Below the pieces are notes generated by a model, which saw only the letters and a list, made by a program, of their open reading frames with translations, had not been told where the DNA came from and did not search any database. The translations under genes were made by a program, and so were the position numbers. From an uncultured Aquabacterium sp. (GTDB taxonomy: Bacteria; Pseudomonadota; Gammaproteobacteria; Burkholderiales; Burkholderiaceae_C), in the NCBI GenBank assembly GCA_964413815.1, contig CAYPUS010000004.1, positions 1 to 37,927 on the forward strand: DNA of 37,927 nt. The letters run 5' to 3'. This document shows, piece after piece, positions 17,345 through 26,525 of this stretch. Numbering within the stretch: the first letter of the stretch is position 1; each line of letters opens with the position of its first letter.

Positions 17345-18273
17345 CGGCAGCACTCATTGAGCAAGAGATCTATCTACTGGAGCGCTACAGCTCACTGGAC
17401 TACTTCGGCACCATGCGCGACCATTTCGCGACCATGCTGAAAGCGTCCAACAATGCGCTGACGGAATTCATGGCGAAGCCGCCTCCTGACTACCGCAGTA
17501 GACACCTCAGTCAGCAACCCGATGCGGTATGGGGTGAGCGCATCATTCCTAATCTGCAATGGGTACTGGACGGCCTGAATGAGGGCTACATCCTCTTGTC
17601 CCACGGCGACCTGAATGCGTTGGGGCAAGCGAATAATGTGACCAGTTCGTTTACCGCGATAAACCGCGATTACTCGTGGGATTGGATGCCGAAGACGTTC
17701 TTCGATATTGCTGACCAAGCAAACAGCGAGGCTTGGATACATGCGATGAACATCAGCGCTACTCGGACGGCACAGTGGTGCCATGGAGACTTAAGCCTTC
17801 GTTACAACGAACCCACCCGGGGCCCACTCAATCCACCTCCGACCTGGCCCCAGTACCGCCTCAATACGCAGGTGCAGGTGAAGACCGGGGACAAGGTGCC
17901 ACACAACGGAATCTACGTGCCCGACATTGCCAAATCCTGTGCGCAGTTGTTGATTGAGGGGCAGGAAGCTTGGGAGGCCACGGCACGGCAAAACCCCGAT
18001 GACCCGAACAGTCAAAGCTGCGACTACCTCCCCGCCACCTGGACATTGGTCGAGCGCATAGCCGACGAAGGCGGCAGCATCCCAGGCGAAGAGCCCTGGC
18101 GCGCCCAGGCCGCACAGCGACTCCGTTGCGAAGGCGGTCTACCCTGCCCACATGAAGGCTGGTGGTTCACCCCCGCGGCGGAAGGCAAGCGCCACTTCAA
18201 ACAGGGCGAGATCATGCCAAGCATCGGCGCCGACTACGGCCTGACCATCTGGCAATGGTGCGTGCCTCAATGA
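17341..18273 (+). CDS. Putative immunity protein 4 (Imm71/Imm72-like)
   Basis: ATGA overlap with immunity 3; IYLLERYSSLDYF N-terminus; VKTGDKVPHNGIYVP; WTLVERIAD; C-terminal LRCEGGLPCPHEGWWFTPA...FKQGEIMP...YGLTIWQW. Confidence 0.75.
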   Translation: MTAALIEQEIYLLERYSSLDYFGTMRDHFATMLKASNNALTEFMAKPPPDYRSRHLSQQPDAVWGERIIPNLQWVLDGLNEGYILLSHGDLNALGQANNVTSSFTAINRDYSWDWMPKTFFDIADQANSEAWIHAMNISATRTAQWCHGDLSLRYNEPTRGPLNPPPTWPQYRLNTQVQVKTGDKVPHNGIYVPDIAKSCAQLLIEGQEAWEATARQNPDDPNSQSCDYLPATWTLVERIADEGGSIPGEEPWRAQAAQRLRCEGGLPCPHEGWWFTPAAEGKRHFKQGEIMPSIGADYGLTIWQWCVPQ

Positions 18274-18301
18274 CCTTTGTGTCAAGGCATATGCTCTCAT
18301 C

Positions 18302-18904
18302 ATGACCCCTGCCCGGCCCCATGCCCTGATAGCCCAAGCCGCCCAACTGCTCACCCCCCGCTACCAGGAACCCCACCGCGCCTACCACGGCCTCACCCAC
18401 ATCCAGGCCCTGCTGCGCCACGCCCAGACGCGCTCCGACCTGATCCACGACCAGACCGCGGTCGAGCTGGCCATCTGGTTCCACGACGCGGTCTACGACA
18501 CCCTCCGCACCGACAACGAAGAAGCCAGCGCCCAGTTGGCCGAGCAGACGCTGGCCTCTTGGTCTTGCCCGCCCGATCTCATCCGCTCGGTGGCCAGCAA
18601 GGTGCGCGCAACCAGCGGCCACGCGTGGACCGACGGCGATCCCGATACCGCTGTGTTCCTCGATCTGGACCTGTGCATCCTGGCCGCCAGCCCATCGGCC
18701 TATGACGCCTACAGCCCCCAGATCGCCCAGGAGTACGCCTGGGTGCCCGGTGACCAATACCGCGCCGGGCGGGCCAAGGTGCTGCAAGACTTTCTGGCCC
18801 GGCCCCAGCTTTACTTCACGGCGCGCTTGCAGGCACAGTGGGCGCCCGCCGCCCGCGCCAACCTGACCCGTGAGCTGGCCTCCTTGAAGCAGCTGGCACC
18901 CTGA
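18302..18904 (+). CDS. HD-superfamily metal-dependent phosphohydrolase
   Basis: RYQEPHRAYHGLTHI, LAIWFHDAVYD, DNEEASA, FLDLDLCIL, ARANLTREL. Confidence 0.88.
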   Translation: MTPARPHALIAQAAQLLTPRYQEPHRAYHGLTHIQALLRHAQTRSDLIHDQTAVELAIWFHDAVYDTLRTDNEEASAQLAEQTLASWSCPPDLIRSVASKVRATSGHAWTDGDPDTAVFLDLDLCILAASPSAYDAYSPQIAQEYAWVPGDQYRAGRAKVLQDFLARPQLYFTARLQAQWAPAARANLTRELASLKQLAP

Positions 18905-19012
18905 TTGCTCGCGGTCGTGGCGGGCGGCCTGTCGCACGCGGCCCCAAGCCTGTCGCCCCAGCATCCAACCCGCCACCCAACCTGAGGTTTGCCCCGGCAA
19001 GCCACCCGGACA

Positions 19013-19699
19013 ATGCCCGATATGCTCTCGCCCATGCTGGAAGTCCGAAACCTGAGCAAGCGCTATGGCGCCGATGCCGTTTTTTCCGATGTGCACCTGG
19101 ATGTGGCGCCGGGTGAGTTCGTGGCCATCGTCGGCGAGTCCGGCGTCGGCAAGTCGACCTTCCTCAATTGCCTGGCGGGGCTGGACACGGCATCCGAGGG
19201 CTCGGTCAAGGTGCGCGGCACCGAGGTCGGCCAGCTCAATGACCAGGCCTTGGCCCTGTTCCGGCGCGAGCATCTGGGCTTCGTTTTCCAGGCTTTCCAT
19301 GTGCTGCCCCACCTGGATGTGGCCAACAACGTGGCGCTGCCGCTGATGCTGCTGGGTCAGGCCGACGATGCGCGGGTGACGGCCGCGCTGGATGCCGTGG
19401 GGCTGGGCGGCCTGGGCGAGCGCATGCCGCAGCAGCTTTCGGGCGGGCAGTTGCAGCGCGTGGCCATCGCGCGGGCGCTGATCCACAAGCCGGCGATGAT
19501 CCTGGCCGATGAGCCCACAGGGAACCTCGACCCGGAAACCGCCGAGAAGATCATGGCCGCCCTGGTCGATCAGGTGCGCGCGCACCGCACGGCCTGTGTG
19601 ATGGTGACGCACTCGCAATCGGCGGCCAGCCGTGCCGATCGGATCCTGAAGCTGACACGCACCGGGCTGCACGAGGTGTCTGCCGTCCCTGCGCACTGA
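19013..19699 (+). CDS. ABC transporter ATP-binding protein (LolD/MacB-like)
   Basis: Walker [39 protein letters not shown]. The start could be 19013, 19022 or 19034. Confidence 0.93.
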   Translation: MPDMLSPMLEVRNLSKRYGADAVFSDVHLDVAPGEFVAIVGESGVGKSTFLNCLAGLDTASEGSVKVRGTEVGQLNDQALALFRREHLGFVFQAFHVLPHLDVANNVALPLMLLGQADDARVTAALDAVGLGGLGERMPQQLSGGQLQRVAIARALIHKPAMILADEPTGNLDPETAEKIMAALVDQVRAHRTACVMVTHSQSAASRADRILKLTRTGLHEVSAVPAH

Positions 19700-19796
19700 G
19701 CGGCGCGAAACGGCTCGCTCCCTCGATCGTCCTTCCGTTCGTTCGCTCCATCTCGCTCCTCCTTCAACCACCCCACCCACGCTGGCCGAGCACGTG

Positions 19797-22487
19797 ATGG
19801 CAAAGGCCGCCGCTCCCCTCTGGTCGCTGTTGCGCACCTTCTCATGGCAGGAGTTGCGCCACCATGGCCTGCGTCATGCGGCGGCCATGCTGGCGGTGCT
19901 GCTGGGTGTGGCGCTGGCTTTTTCGGTGCACCTGATCAATGCTTCGGCCTTGAGCGAGTTCAGTGCGGCCGTGCGCGCGGTCAGCGGCCAGGCCGATCTG
20001 CAATTGCGTCCGGCCCATGGCACGCTCGATGAAGCGCTTTATCCGAAGGTGGCGCGCGACGCGCACGTGCAGATCGCCAGCCCGGTGATCGACCTGCGTG
20101 TGCAGGCAAGTCAGGCAGACCCGCGCGACAACAGCGCAAGGCCAAGCGCATCCGCACCGCCAATGAGGGGCCTGCGCATCGTGGGGATCGATCCCTTCGT
20201 CGCGGGGCCATTGACACCCGGGCTGATCCCCGCACTGGTCGATGCCAAGGAAGACCGGGCGGGACAAGCCGGGCAAAACGAGAAGGATGCACAAGGCTTG
20301 CAGACCAGCAAGCCAGCGCGCGACCGCATGACCTTGTTCGCCCCACGCGTGATCTTCCTCAACAGCCAGGCCAGCCGCCTGCTGAATGCGAACGCGGGTG
20401 ACAAGATCACGGTGCGGACCGGCCTGCGCACCGTGCAACTCGAGGTGGTGGGCAGCGTGGCGGAAGCCGGCGAGCCGCTGGGCGTGATGGACATCGCCAG
20501 TGCGCAGGAAGCCTTCGGCATGGTGGGCCAGCTCAGCCGGCTCGATGTGCAGCTCAAGCCAGGGGCCAGTGTGGACGAGGCCTTGGCTTCGCTGGCGCTG
20601 CCGCCGCAGGTGCTGGGCGAGACGGCCCAGGCCTCGGCGCAGCGCGTGTCGAATGTGTCGCGCGCTTACCGGGTCAACCTGACGGTGCTGGCGCTGATCG
20701 CGCTGTTCACCGGCGCCTTTCTGGTGTTCTCGGTGCTGTCGCTGTCGGTGGCCAAGCGGCAGCAGCAGTTCGCGCTGCTGGCGGTGCTCGGGCTGAGCGC
20801 GCGCGAACGCCTCCAGCTTGTGCTGCTGGAATCCGCGCTGCTCGGCCTCGTCGGCTCGGTACTGGGCATCGCGGCAGGCACCGGGCTGGCGGCGATGGCG
20901 CTCAAGCTGCTGGCGGGCGATCTGGGCGGGGGCTACTTTCCGGGCATCGCGCCGCGCCTGCATTGGTCGGGCGCCGCCGCCCTGGTCTACGGCGCGCTGG
21001 GCGCGGGTGCGGCCATCTGGGGTGGCTTGGTGCCCGCGCTGGTGGCCGGCCGTCTGCCACCCGCGCAGACGCTCAAGGGATTGGGGCAGACCGAAAGCGG
21101 CCAGGGTCTTTCCTGGTTGGGCACGCTGCTGTTGCTGATCGGTGCCGGCCTCACGCAACTGCCATCCATCCAGGGCGTGCCCCTGTGGGCCTACATCGGC
21201 GTGGCCTGCCTGCTGACGGGCGGCATTGCCTGCGGGCCCGCGGCGGTCGCGCTGCTGCTCGGTGGTGTGCGCCGATACCTGCCTCGCACGGCGCTATTGC
21301 GTCATCCGCCCTGGCTGCTGGCCTTGGCGCGGGCGCATCACCTGCGCCGCACGGCCACCGTCACCATCGCGGGCGTGGTGGCCAGTCTCAGCCTGGCCGT
21401 TGCCCTGACGGTGATGGTGGGCAGCTTTCGTGCATCGGTCTCAAGCTGGCTGGATGTGGTCCTGCCCGCCGATCTGTATGTCAGCACCGAGGCAGAAGAA
21501 GGCGGCCAGGCACAAGCTTTCGACCATCGGCTGTTGGAGGCGGTGCACCAGGTGGCGGGCGTCACGCGGGCCGTTGGCGTGCGCAACACCGACATCGCGC
21601 TGCGCACAGACCTGTCGCCGGTGGCGCTGATCGCCCGTCCACTCGGCATGACGGCAGCCCCGGGCGATGGCGCGCCGCCCGGCATGCCGCTGGTCGAAGG
21701 GCCCGTACCGCCCCGGGCCGGCCACGTCGGCATTTTCGTCAGCGAAGCCGTGCGCGCGCTCTACGACGCATCGCCCGGCCAACTGCTGTCTTTGCCGCTG
21801 GTGCCGGGCCAGCCACCGGTGGCTGCGCTCGTGCGTGGCGTGTGGCGCGACTATGCCCACCAGCAAGGCGCCATCGTCATGGACGAGGCCGACTACCGGC
21901 GCCTGACGGGCGATGCGGCGCTCAACAGCCTGGCGCTGTGGCTGGCCCCCGATGCGGCAACGCCCGATGTGCAGTCACGCATCCGGCAGGCGGCCGCGGC
22001 GCAAGGTGTGGATGGCGCCTCGCTGCGCTTCAATGAGCCGCGCGAGATCCGCCAGACCACGCTGCGCATCTTCGATCGCAGCTTCGCCGTGACCTACTGG
22101 CTGCAGGCGGTGGCCATCGGCATCGGCCTGTTCGGCATCGCCGCGAGCTTTTCTGCGCAGGTGCTGGCGCGGCGCAAGGAGTTCGGCCTGCTGCGCCACC
22201 TGGGCTTCACACGCGCGCAGGTGCTGGGCACCGTGGCGGGCGAGGGCGCGGCGCTGAGCACCGTGGGCGCCGCGCTGGGGCTGGCGCTGGGCCTGGCCGT
22301 CAGCGTGGTGCTGGTGCACGTGGTGAACCCGCAGAGTTTCCACTGGACCATGGACATGCTGCTGCCCTGGCCGCAGTTGCTGACACTGTGCGGCGGCGTG
22401 GTGCTGGCCGGCGCGCTCACCGCCTGGGTGGCCGGCCGTGCCGCTGTCAGCCAGGATGCGGTGATGGCGGTGAAGGAGGACTGGTGA
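19797..22487 (+). CDS. FtsX/MacB-like ABC permease (duplicated 4-TM architecture)
   Basis: Two halves, each with a TM, a periplasmic domain and three TMs; SVAKRQQQFALLAVLG and QVLARRKEFGLLRHLG; NPQSFHWTM; ends AVKEDW. Confidence 0.92.
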   Translation: MAKAAAPLWSLLRTFSWQELRHHGLRHAAAMLAVLLGVALAFSVHLINASALSEFSAAVRAVSGQADLQLRPAHGTLDEALYPKVARDAHVQIASPVIDLRVQASQADPRDNSARPSASAPPMRGLRIVGIDPFVAGPLTPGLIPALVDAKEDRAGQAGQNEKDAQGLQTSKPARDRMTLFAPRVIFLNSQASRLLNANAGDKITVRTGLRTVQLEVVGSVAEAGEPLGVMDIASAQEAFGMVGQLSRLDVQLKPGASVDEALASLALPPQVLGETAQASAQRVSNVSRAYRVNLTVLALIALFTGAFLVFSVLSLSVAKRQQQFALLAVLGLSARERLQLVLLESALLGLVGSVLGIAAGTGLAAMALKLLAGDLGGGYFPGIAPRLHWSGAAALVYGALGAGAAIWGGLVPALVAGRLPPAQTLKGLGQTESGQGLSWLGTLLLLIGAGLTQLPSIQGVPLWAYIGVACLLTGGIACGPAAVALLLGGVRRYLPRTALLRHPPWLLALARAHHLRRTATVTIAGVVASLSLAVALTVMVGSFRASVSSWLDVVLPADLYVSTEAEEGGQAQAFDHRLLEAVHQVAGVTRAVGVRNTDIALRTDLSPVALIARPLGMTAAPGDGAPPGMPLVEGPVPPRAGHVGIFVSEAVRALYDASPGQLLSLPLVPGQPPVAALVRGVWRDYAHQQGAIVMDEADYRRLTGDAALNSLALWLAPDAATPDVQSRIRQAAAAQGVDGASLRFNEPREIRQTTLRIFDRSFAVTYWLQAVAIGIGLFGIAASFSAQVLARRKEFGLLRHLGFTRAQVLGTVAGEGAALSTVGAALGLALGLAVSVVLVHVVNPQSFHWTMDMLLPWPQLLTLCGGVVLAGALTAWVAGRAAVSQDAVMAVKEDW

Positions 22488-23728
22488 TGAGAAACCGGCG
22501 GCAGTGGCTGCGCGCGGGCTTGCCCGCCGGCCTGATTCAGATGCTGAGCGCACGCGGGCTGTTGGGAGGGATCGGCGGGATGGGCCGCATGGGCGGCGCA
22601 CGCCTGTTGTCCGCATCGCTGCTTGCGCAGCATGCGCATGGCCAGGCTTCCCCTTCCCACCCGCAAGCCAGCGTGCCGCCGTCAAGTCCCCACGATGTCC
22701 CGCCAGCCAGCTTGCGCCCAGGCGAACCTCTGCGCTTTCCCCATGACCACGGCGCCCACCCCGCCACGCGCACCGAGTGGTGGTACATCACCGGCGAGAT
22801 CGACCCCACCGGCCCGCGCGAGCAGCCGATGGGCTTTCAGATCACCTTCTTTCGCACCCGCGTCGACGTGGCGCTGGCCAACCCAAGCCAGTTCACCGCA
22901 AGGCAACTCGTGATCGCGCATGCGGCGCTGAGCGATCCCCACCATGGGCGCCTGTTGCATGACCAGCGCATCGCGCGCGCCGGCTTCGGGCTGGTCGAAG
23001 CCGCGGAGAGCGACACCCGACTGACGCTGCGGGACTGGACCCTCGCACGCAGTGGCCCGGCAGGACAGGGCGTCTACCGCAGTCACATCGAGGCGCGCGA
23101 TTTCATGCTCGACCTGCGCCTGACGCAGACCCAGGCGCCTTTGCTTCAGGGCCAGGGCGGGCAAGGCCTGTCGCGCAAATCGCCATCTGCCTTGCATGCC
23201 ACGCGCTATTACTCCCTGCCCCACCTGCGTCTGGACGGGCGCATCCGCCACCGGCAAGGCGAAATGGCAGTCAAGGGTCGGGCCTGGCTCGATCACGAAT
23301 GGGGTGAGGCCATCCTGTCGCACGACACAGTCGGCTGGGACTGGCTGGGCATGAACCTGCACGATGGTGGCGCGCTGATGGTGTTCCGCACACGGCGGCA
23401 GGATGGCTCGGCCGTGTGGCATGGCGGCAGCCTTCGAAGGCCCGGCAAGCCCGATCGCATCTTTGCGGACGCAGAGATCCGCATGATGCCCGGCGACAAC
23501 TGGCAAAGCCCGGCCACCGGTGCGCGCTATCCCATCGCCTGGACGCTGGACATCGCGGGGGTGCGCTACACCGTGCGCGCCCGCATGCCCAATCAGGAAC
23601 TCGACAGCCTGCGCAGCACCGGCACCATCTACTGGGAAGGGCTGTGCGATCTGCGCGATGCGGCGGGCCGCCTCATCGGCGCCGGCTACCTGGAGATGAC
23701 GGGCTACGCGTCGCCAATGGTGCTGTGA
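22487..23728 (+). CDS. AttH/CrtC-like lipocalin-fold secreted protein
   Basis: TGATG coupling to the permease; twin-Arg leader RNRRQWL; FPHDHGAHP, TEWWYITG, GFQITFFR, AWLDHEW, GWDW, YWEG, GYLEMTGY. Confidence 0.88.
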   Translation: MRNRRQWLRAGLPAGLIQMLSARGLLGGIGGMGRMGGARLLSASLLAQHAHGQASPSHPQASVPPSSPHDVPPASLRPGEPLRFPHDHGAHPATRTEWWYITGEIDPTGPREQPMGFQITFFRTRVDVALANPSQFTARQLVIAHAALSDPHHGRLLHDQRIARAGFGLVEAAESDTRLTLRDWTLARSGPAGQGVYRSHIEARDFMLDLRLTQTQAPLLQGQGGQGLSRKSPSALHATRYYSLPHLRLDGRIRHRQGEMAVKGRAWLDHEWGEAILSHDTVGWDWLGMNLHDGGALMVFRTRRQDGSAVWHGGSLRRPGKPDRIFADAEIRMMPGDNWQSPATGARYPIAWTLDIAGVRYTVRARMPNQELDSLRSTGTIYWEGLCDLRDAAGRLIGAGYLEMTGYASPMVL

Positions 23729-23930
23729 GTGGCGTGCGGCCCTTGGCCACGAGGCGCTGGCGCGCCCGCTCGACACAAGCGGCCTTTTCGGCCTCGCTCA
23801 TGCTGGTCCAGCCGGTGATGTCAGCCAAGGTGCGGCCGCAACCCAGGCAGACATCGTCGTGATCGAGCGTGCACATGCGCACGCAGGGGCTGGCGACGGG
23901 GACGGTCGGTGGGGCGGCGGGCTCATCCAT
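23673..23930 (-). CDS. DUF1289 family small Cys-rich protein
   Basis: SPCVRMCTLD..DVCLGCGRTLADITGW. Its 3' end overlaps the convergent gene by 56 bp. Confidence 0.85.
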   Translation of the reverse strand: MDEPAAPPTVPVASPCVRMCTLDHDDVCLGCGRTLADITGWTSMSEAEKAACVERARQRLVAKGRTPLTAPLATRSPSSPGSRRR

Positions 23931-23981
23931 GTCTGGATCATAGCCAGCGCGGCCCTTGCGTCAGCGAGATAAAAAGGCACG

Positions 23982-24013
23982 AAAAAAGGCACCGTCCACG
24001 GGACAGTGCCTTT
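23982..24013 (-). terminator. Rho-independent terminator
   Basis: Minus strand AAAGGCACTGTCC-cgt-GGACGGTGCCTTTTTT, 16 bp past the stop at 24030. Confidence 0.85.
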
Positions 24014-24029
24014 GGATGATCAGCGGGGA

Positions 24030-24461
24030 TCAGAAGCAGAAGTTATTGGGCATCACCTTGTTGGCCACGATCTTGTAGACACCTTCACCGATGTTGAGCG
24101 TGTTGCTCAGGTCGACATCGGCGACCGAGGTGTTGGTGATGCACATCTTGCCGCCCTTGACGGCCAGCGTGCCCTTGACGATCACGCTGCCATGCGCATC
24201 GCGGCGGATCTTGCGCTTGAGCGTCACGTTCACCTTCGCGCGCAGATTGCAGTTGGTGCCGGTGACCGATACCACGCCATTGACGACCAGGCGCTTGCGG
24301 TCACTGATCTTGATGGAGGTGCCCTTGGCGACGCTGTCGAGCGCGGCCGTGGCGAAGGCGTCCGGCACCGTGAGCGCGCCGCATTGCACGGCCATGGCCG
24401 AGCTGGATGCCGCGCCACCGGCGACCAGAACGGCCATGGCAAGGATGGATCTGATGTTCAT
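24030..24461 (-). CDS. Secreted basic hypothetical protein
   Basis: RBS AAGAGG; signal peptide ending AMA; four Cys; alternating beta-strand pattern; has its own terminator. Confidence 0.75.
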   Translation of the reverse strand: MNIRSILAMAVLVAGGAASSSAMAVQCGALTVPDAFATAALDSVAKGTSIKISDRKRLVVNGVVSVTGTNCNLRAKVNVTLKRKIRRDAHGSVIVKGTLAVKGGKMCITNTSVADVDLSNTLNIGEGVYKIVANKVMPNNFCF

Positions 24462-24569
24462 GAATCGTTTCCTCTTGGTTTCGTCCGAGCGCAGTGAAGC
24501 CCCGGCCTGGCGGCTCGGCAACGCCAGGCGGGTTGAGCAGTCGGTGGGGGAAGGAAGCGGTGGGCGCGC

Positions 24570-25334
24570 TCAGGGCGCGCGCGCGGCCAGGTAGCGCAGG
24601 ACTTCGGATTCGTCCTGTTCGGCCACCTGGGCGAGGGCGGCGCGGGCCTGGCTGTCGTCGGGCAGCTCGCGCAGCCGCTGGATCGCCATCTGCCGGGTGC
24701 TGGGGTCCGGCGCGTGCAGGAAGGCGCTGACGGCCGGGATCAGGTCGACCCGCATCTGGCCATCGAGCAGGTCCAGGGCGTCCTGCTGGAGCAGGGCGTC
24801 ACCTTGCGCGGCGGCCATGTCCAGCACTTGGCGCATGGCCGGCGTGGGCACAGGCGTGTCGAAGTAGGTCTGCATCGCGAAGGCGGCTTCGATCCGTGCA
24901 TCGGCATCCAGCTCAGGGTCGCTGAGCTTGGCCATTAGAGCCTGTGGCGCGTGCTGGGCGAGCTCTGCGTCACTCAGGGCCGCGCCTTCGGGTCGGCCAA
25001 GGATGGCGTTGAGCATGGCATTGCGCTCGGCCGCGTCGACGGCCGCATGCCGCACCGCCTGCGCGGAAGAGGTGAGTGTTTCAGCCTCGCTGCGGCCCGG
25101 GTGCGCCACCGCATGGAAGGGGCCCTGGCCGGCCGTGGGCGGACACGCCCCGGCACCGATCAGCGGCGCGGCCACGGCCCGGGGTGCGGCTTCGGGCTGC
25201 CCATCGGGCACATCCGCGAACACCCCGCCCAGGACCCAGCCCAGGCACACGCCCGCCACCCCCGCGATGCCGACCAGGGTCCAGACCTTGTCACCACCCC
25301 GACCTGCGTTCACCTCGATCAACCCTTGGCCCAT
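24570..25334 (-). CDS. Membrane-anchored protein with C-terminal HEAT-like repeats
   Basis: RBS AAAGGAG; one TM; Pro/Ala linker; LSDPELDADARIEAA, LHAPDPSTRQMAIQRL, DESEVLRYLA. Confidence 0.7.
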   Translation of the reverse strand: MGQGLIEVNAGRGGDKVWTLVGIAGVAGVCLGWVLGGVFADVPDGQPEAAPRAVAAPLIGAGACPPTAGQGPFHAVAHPGRSEAETLTSSAQAVRHAAVDAAERNAMLNAILGRPEGAALSDAELAQHAPQALMAKLSDPELDADARIEAAFAMQTYFDTPVPTPAMRQVLDMAAAQGDALLQQDALDLLDGQMRVDLIPAVSAFLHAPDPSTRQMAIQRLRELPDDSQARAALAQVAEQDESEVLRYLAARAP

Positions 25335-25583
25335 GGCACGCTCCTTTCGTCCGATGGACCCAATGTAGGGATCAGGCCGGAGCAAGCGGGCGGCCGGAGG
25401 TAAGTGACATGTCTGAATGCGTCACGATGATCGTGTCGCGTTCTATCGAGCCCATCCGAAAATCCAAGGTTATCGGACGAATCCTTTGTAAATCAGGCAC
25501 TTGGCCAGGTTGCAAATGCTTGAGGATGTCACCTTGCATCACACGGCCCCAGGATTTGTACAGGTCGACACAGCCCGCTGCTG

Positions 25584-26360
25584 CTAGCCCGGGCGCCCCG
25601 CCGGGTTGCAGGCGTCCGTCCCCCGGCCGGTGGGCACCTCGATCACCACGGTGGTGCCGCGCCCGATGGCGCTGTCGATGCGCATGACGCCGCCCAAGGA
25701 CAGCACGCGCTCGCGCATGCTCAGCAGGCCATAGCCGCTGGTCTGGCCGCAGGTCACCGCGGCGTCGAAGCCCCGGCCGTTGTCCTGCACCCGCAAATGC
25801 AGCACGCCGCCCAGGTGCCGAAGGGTGATGGCCACCTGCGTGGCCTGCGCATGCCGCGCCGCGTTGGTCAGCGACTCCTGCACCAGCCGAAAGACGACGG
25901 CGGACAGGGCCTCGGGCAGGGCCAGGTCCTGGCCGCCGGCGTCGACCCGGCAAGGCAGGCCCGCACGCTGGCCGACGTCCTGGGCCAGCCATTCCAGCGC
26001 GGCCACCAGGCCCGCATCCAGCGCAGCGGGGCGCAGGCTGGTGACGACCTGCCGGGTCACCTTGAACATCTGGTCCAGCAAGCCGCTCATGTCTTCGACC
26101 AGGCGGGCCACGCCGAGGTCGCGTTCGCCGTGCGGACGCAACAGCCCCAGATCCAGGCGCATGGCCGTCAGCAGTTGGCCGAGCTCGTCATGCAGCTCGC
26201 GCGCCAGGTGCTTGCGTTCCTGCTCGCAGGCGATCTCGTGGTGGGCCACCATCTCGCGCAGCTTGTTGCGCGAAGCCCTCAATTCCGCTTCGATGTGGGT
26301 CCGATCGTCGGGCTGGGCCGTGGCGTCAAACGAGTGGGATGGGCAAGGGTCCTGCGGCAT
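25584..26360 (-). CDS. NarX/UhpB-type (HisKA_3) histidine kinase without a sensor domain
   Basis: [52 protein letters not shown]. The start codon is uncertain. Confidence 0.88.
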   Translation of the reverse strand: MPQDPCPSHSFDATAQPDDRTHIEAELRASRNKLREMVAHHEIACEQERKHLARELHDELGQLLTAMRLDLGLLRPHGERDLGVARLVEDMSGLLDQMFKVTRQVVTSLRPAALDAGLVAALEWLAQDVGQRAGLPCRVDAGGQDLALPEALSAVVFRLVQESLTNAARHAQATQVAITLRHLGGVLHLRVQDNGRGFDAAVTCGQTSGYGLLSMRERVLSLGGVMRIDSAIGRGTTVVIEVPTGRGTDACNPAGRPG

Positions 26361-26525
26361 GGATGGATCATTCAAAAGCGTGGCATGCGGTGGCCCGTGG
26401 GGGCCCATGCGGGCCCATTCAGAACCCGTTCAGAAAATCCTGAATCGCGTTCATGCTTTGCTGACAGACAGGCTGGAGGTGTCTGCCTATCATCCCTCAA
26501 AGTCCACACACAAGGGATGGCTTAT

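Noticed and set aside
8828..18301. Mobile element or prophage boundaries around the T6SS locus
   Set aside because: No integrase, transposase, tRNA or flanking direct repeats were seen.
23673..23728. Convergent 3' overlaps (also 30439-30466) as antisense regulation
   Set aside because: Short tail overlaps are common in GC-rich genomes, and the overlapping tails lie outside the conserved domains.
25469..25495. Sigma28 promoter upstream of the HEAT-like gene (minus strand TCCGATAA)
   Set aside because: The -10-like box has no convincing -35 element.
25797..26525. N-terminal extension of the Aer-like ORF to 781 aa
   Set aside because: It overlaps the opposite-strand kinase. The family-typical start MxxNLPVT with an RBS is at 26526.
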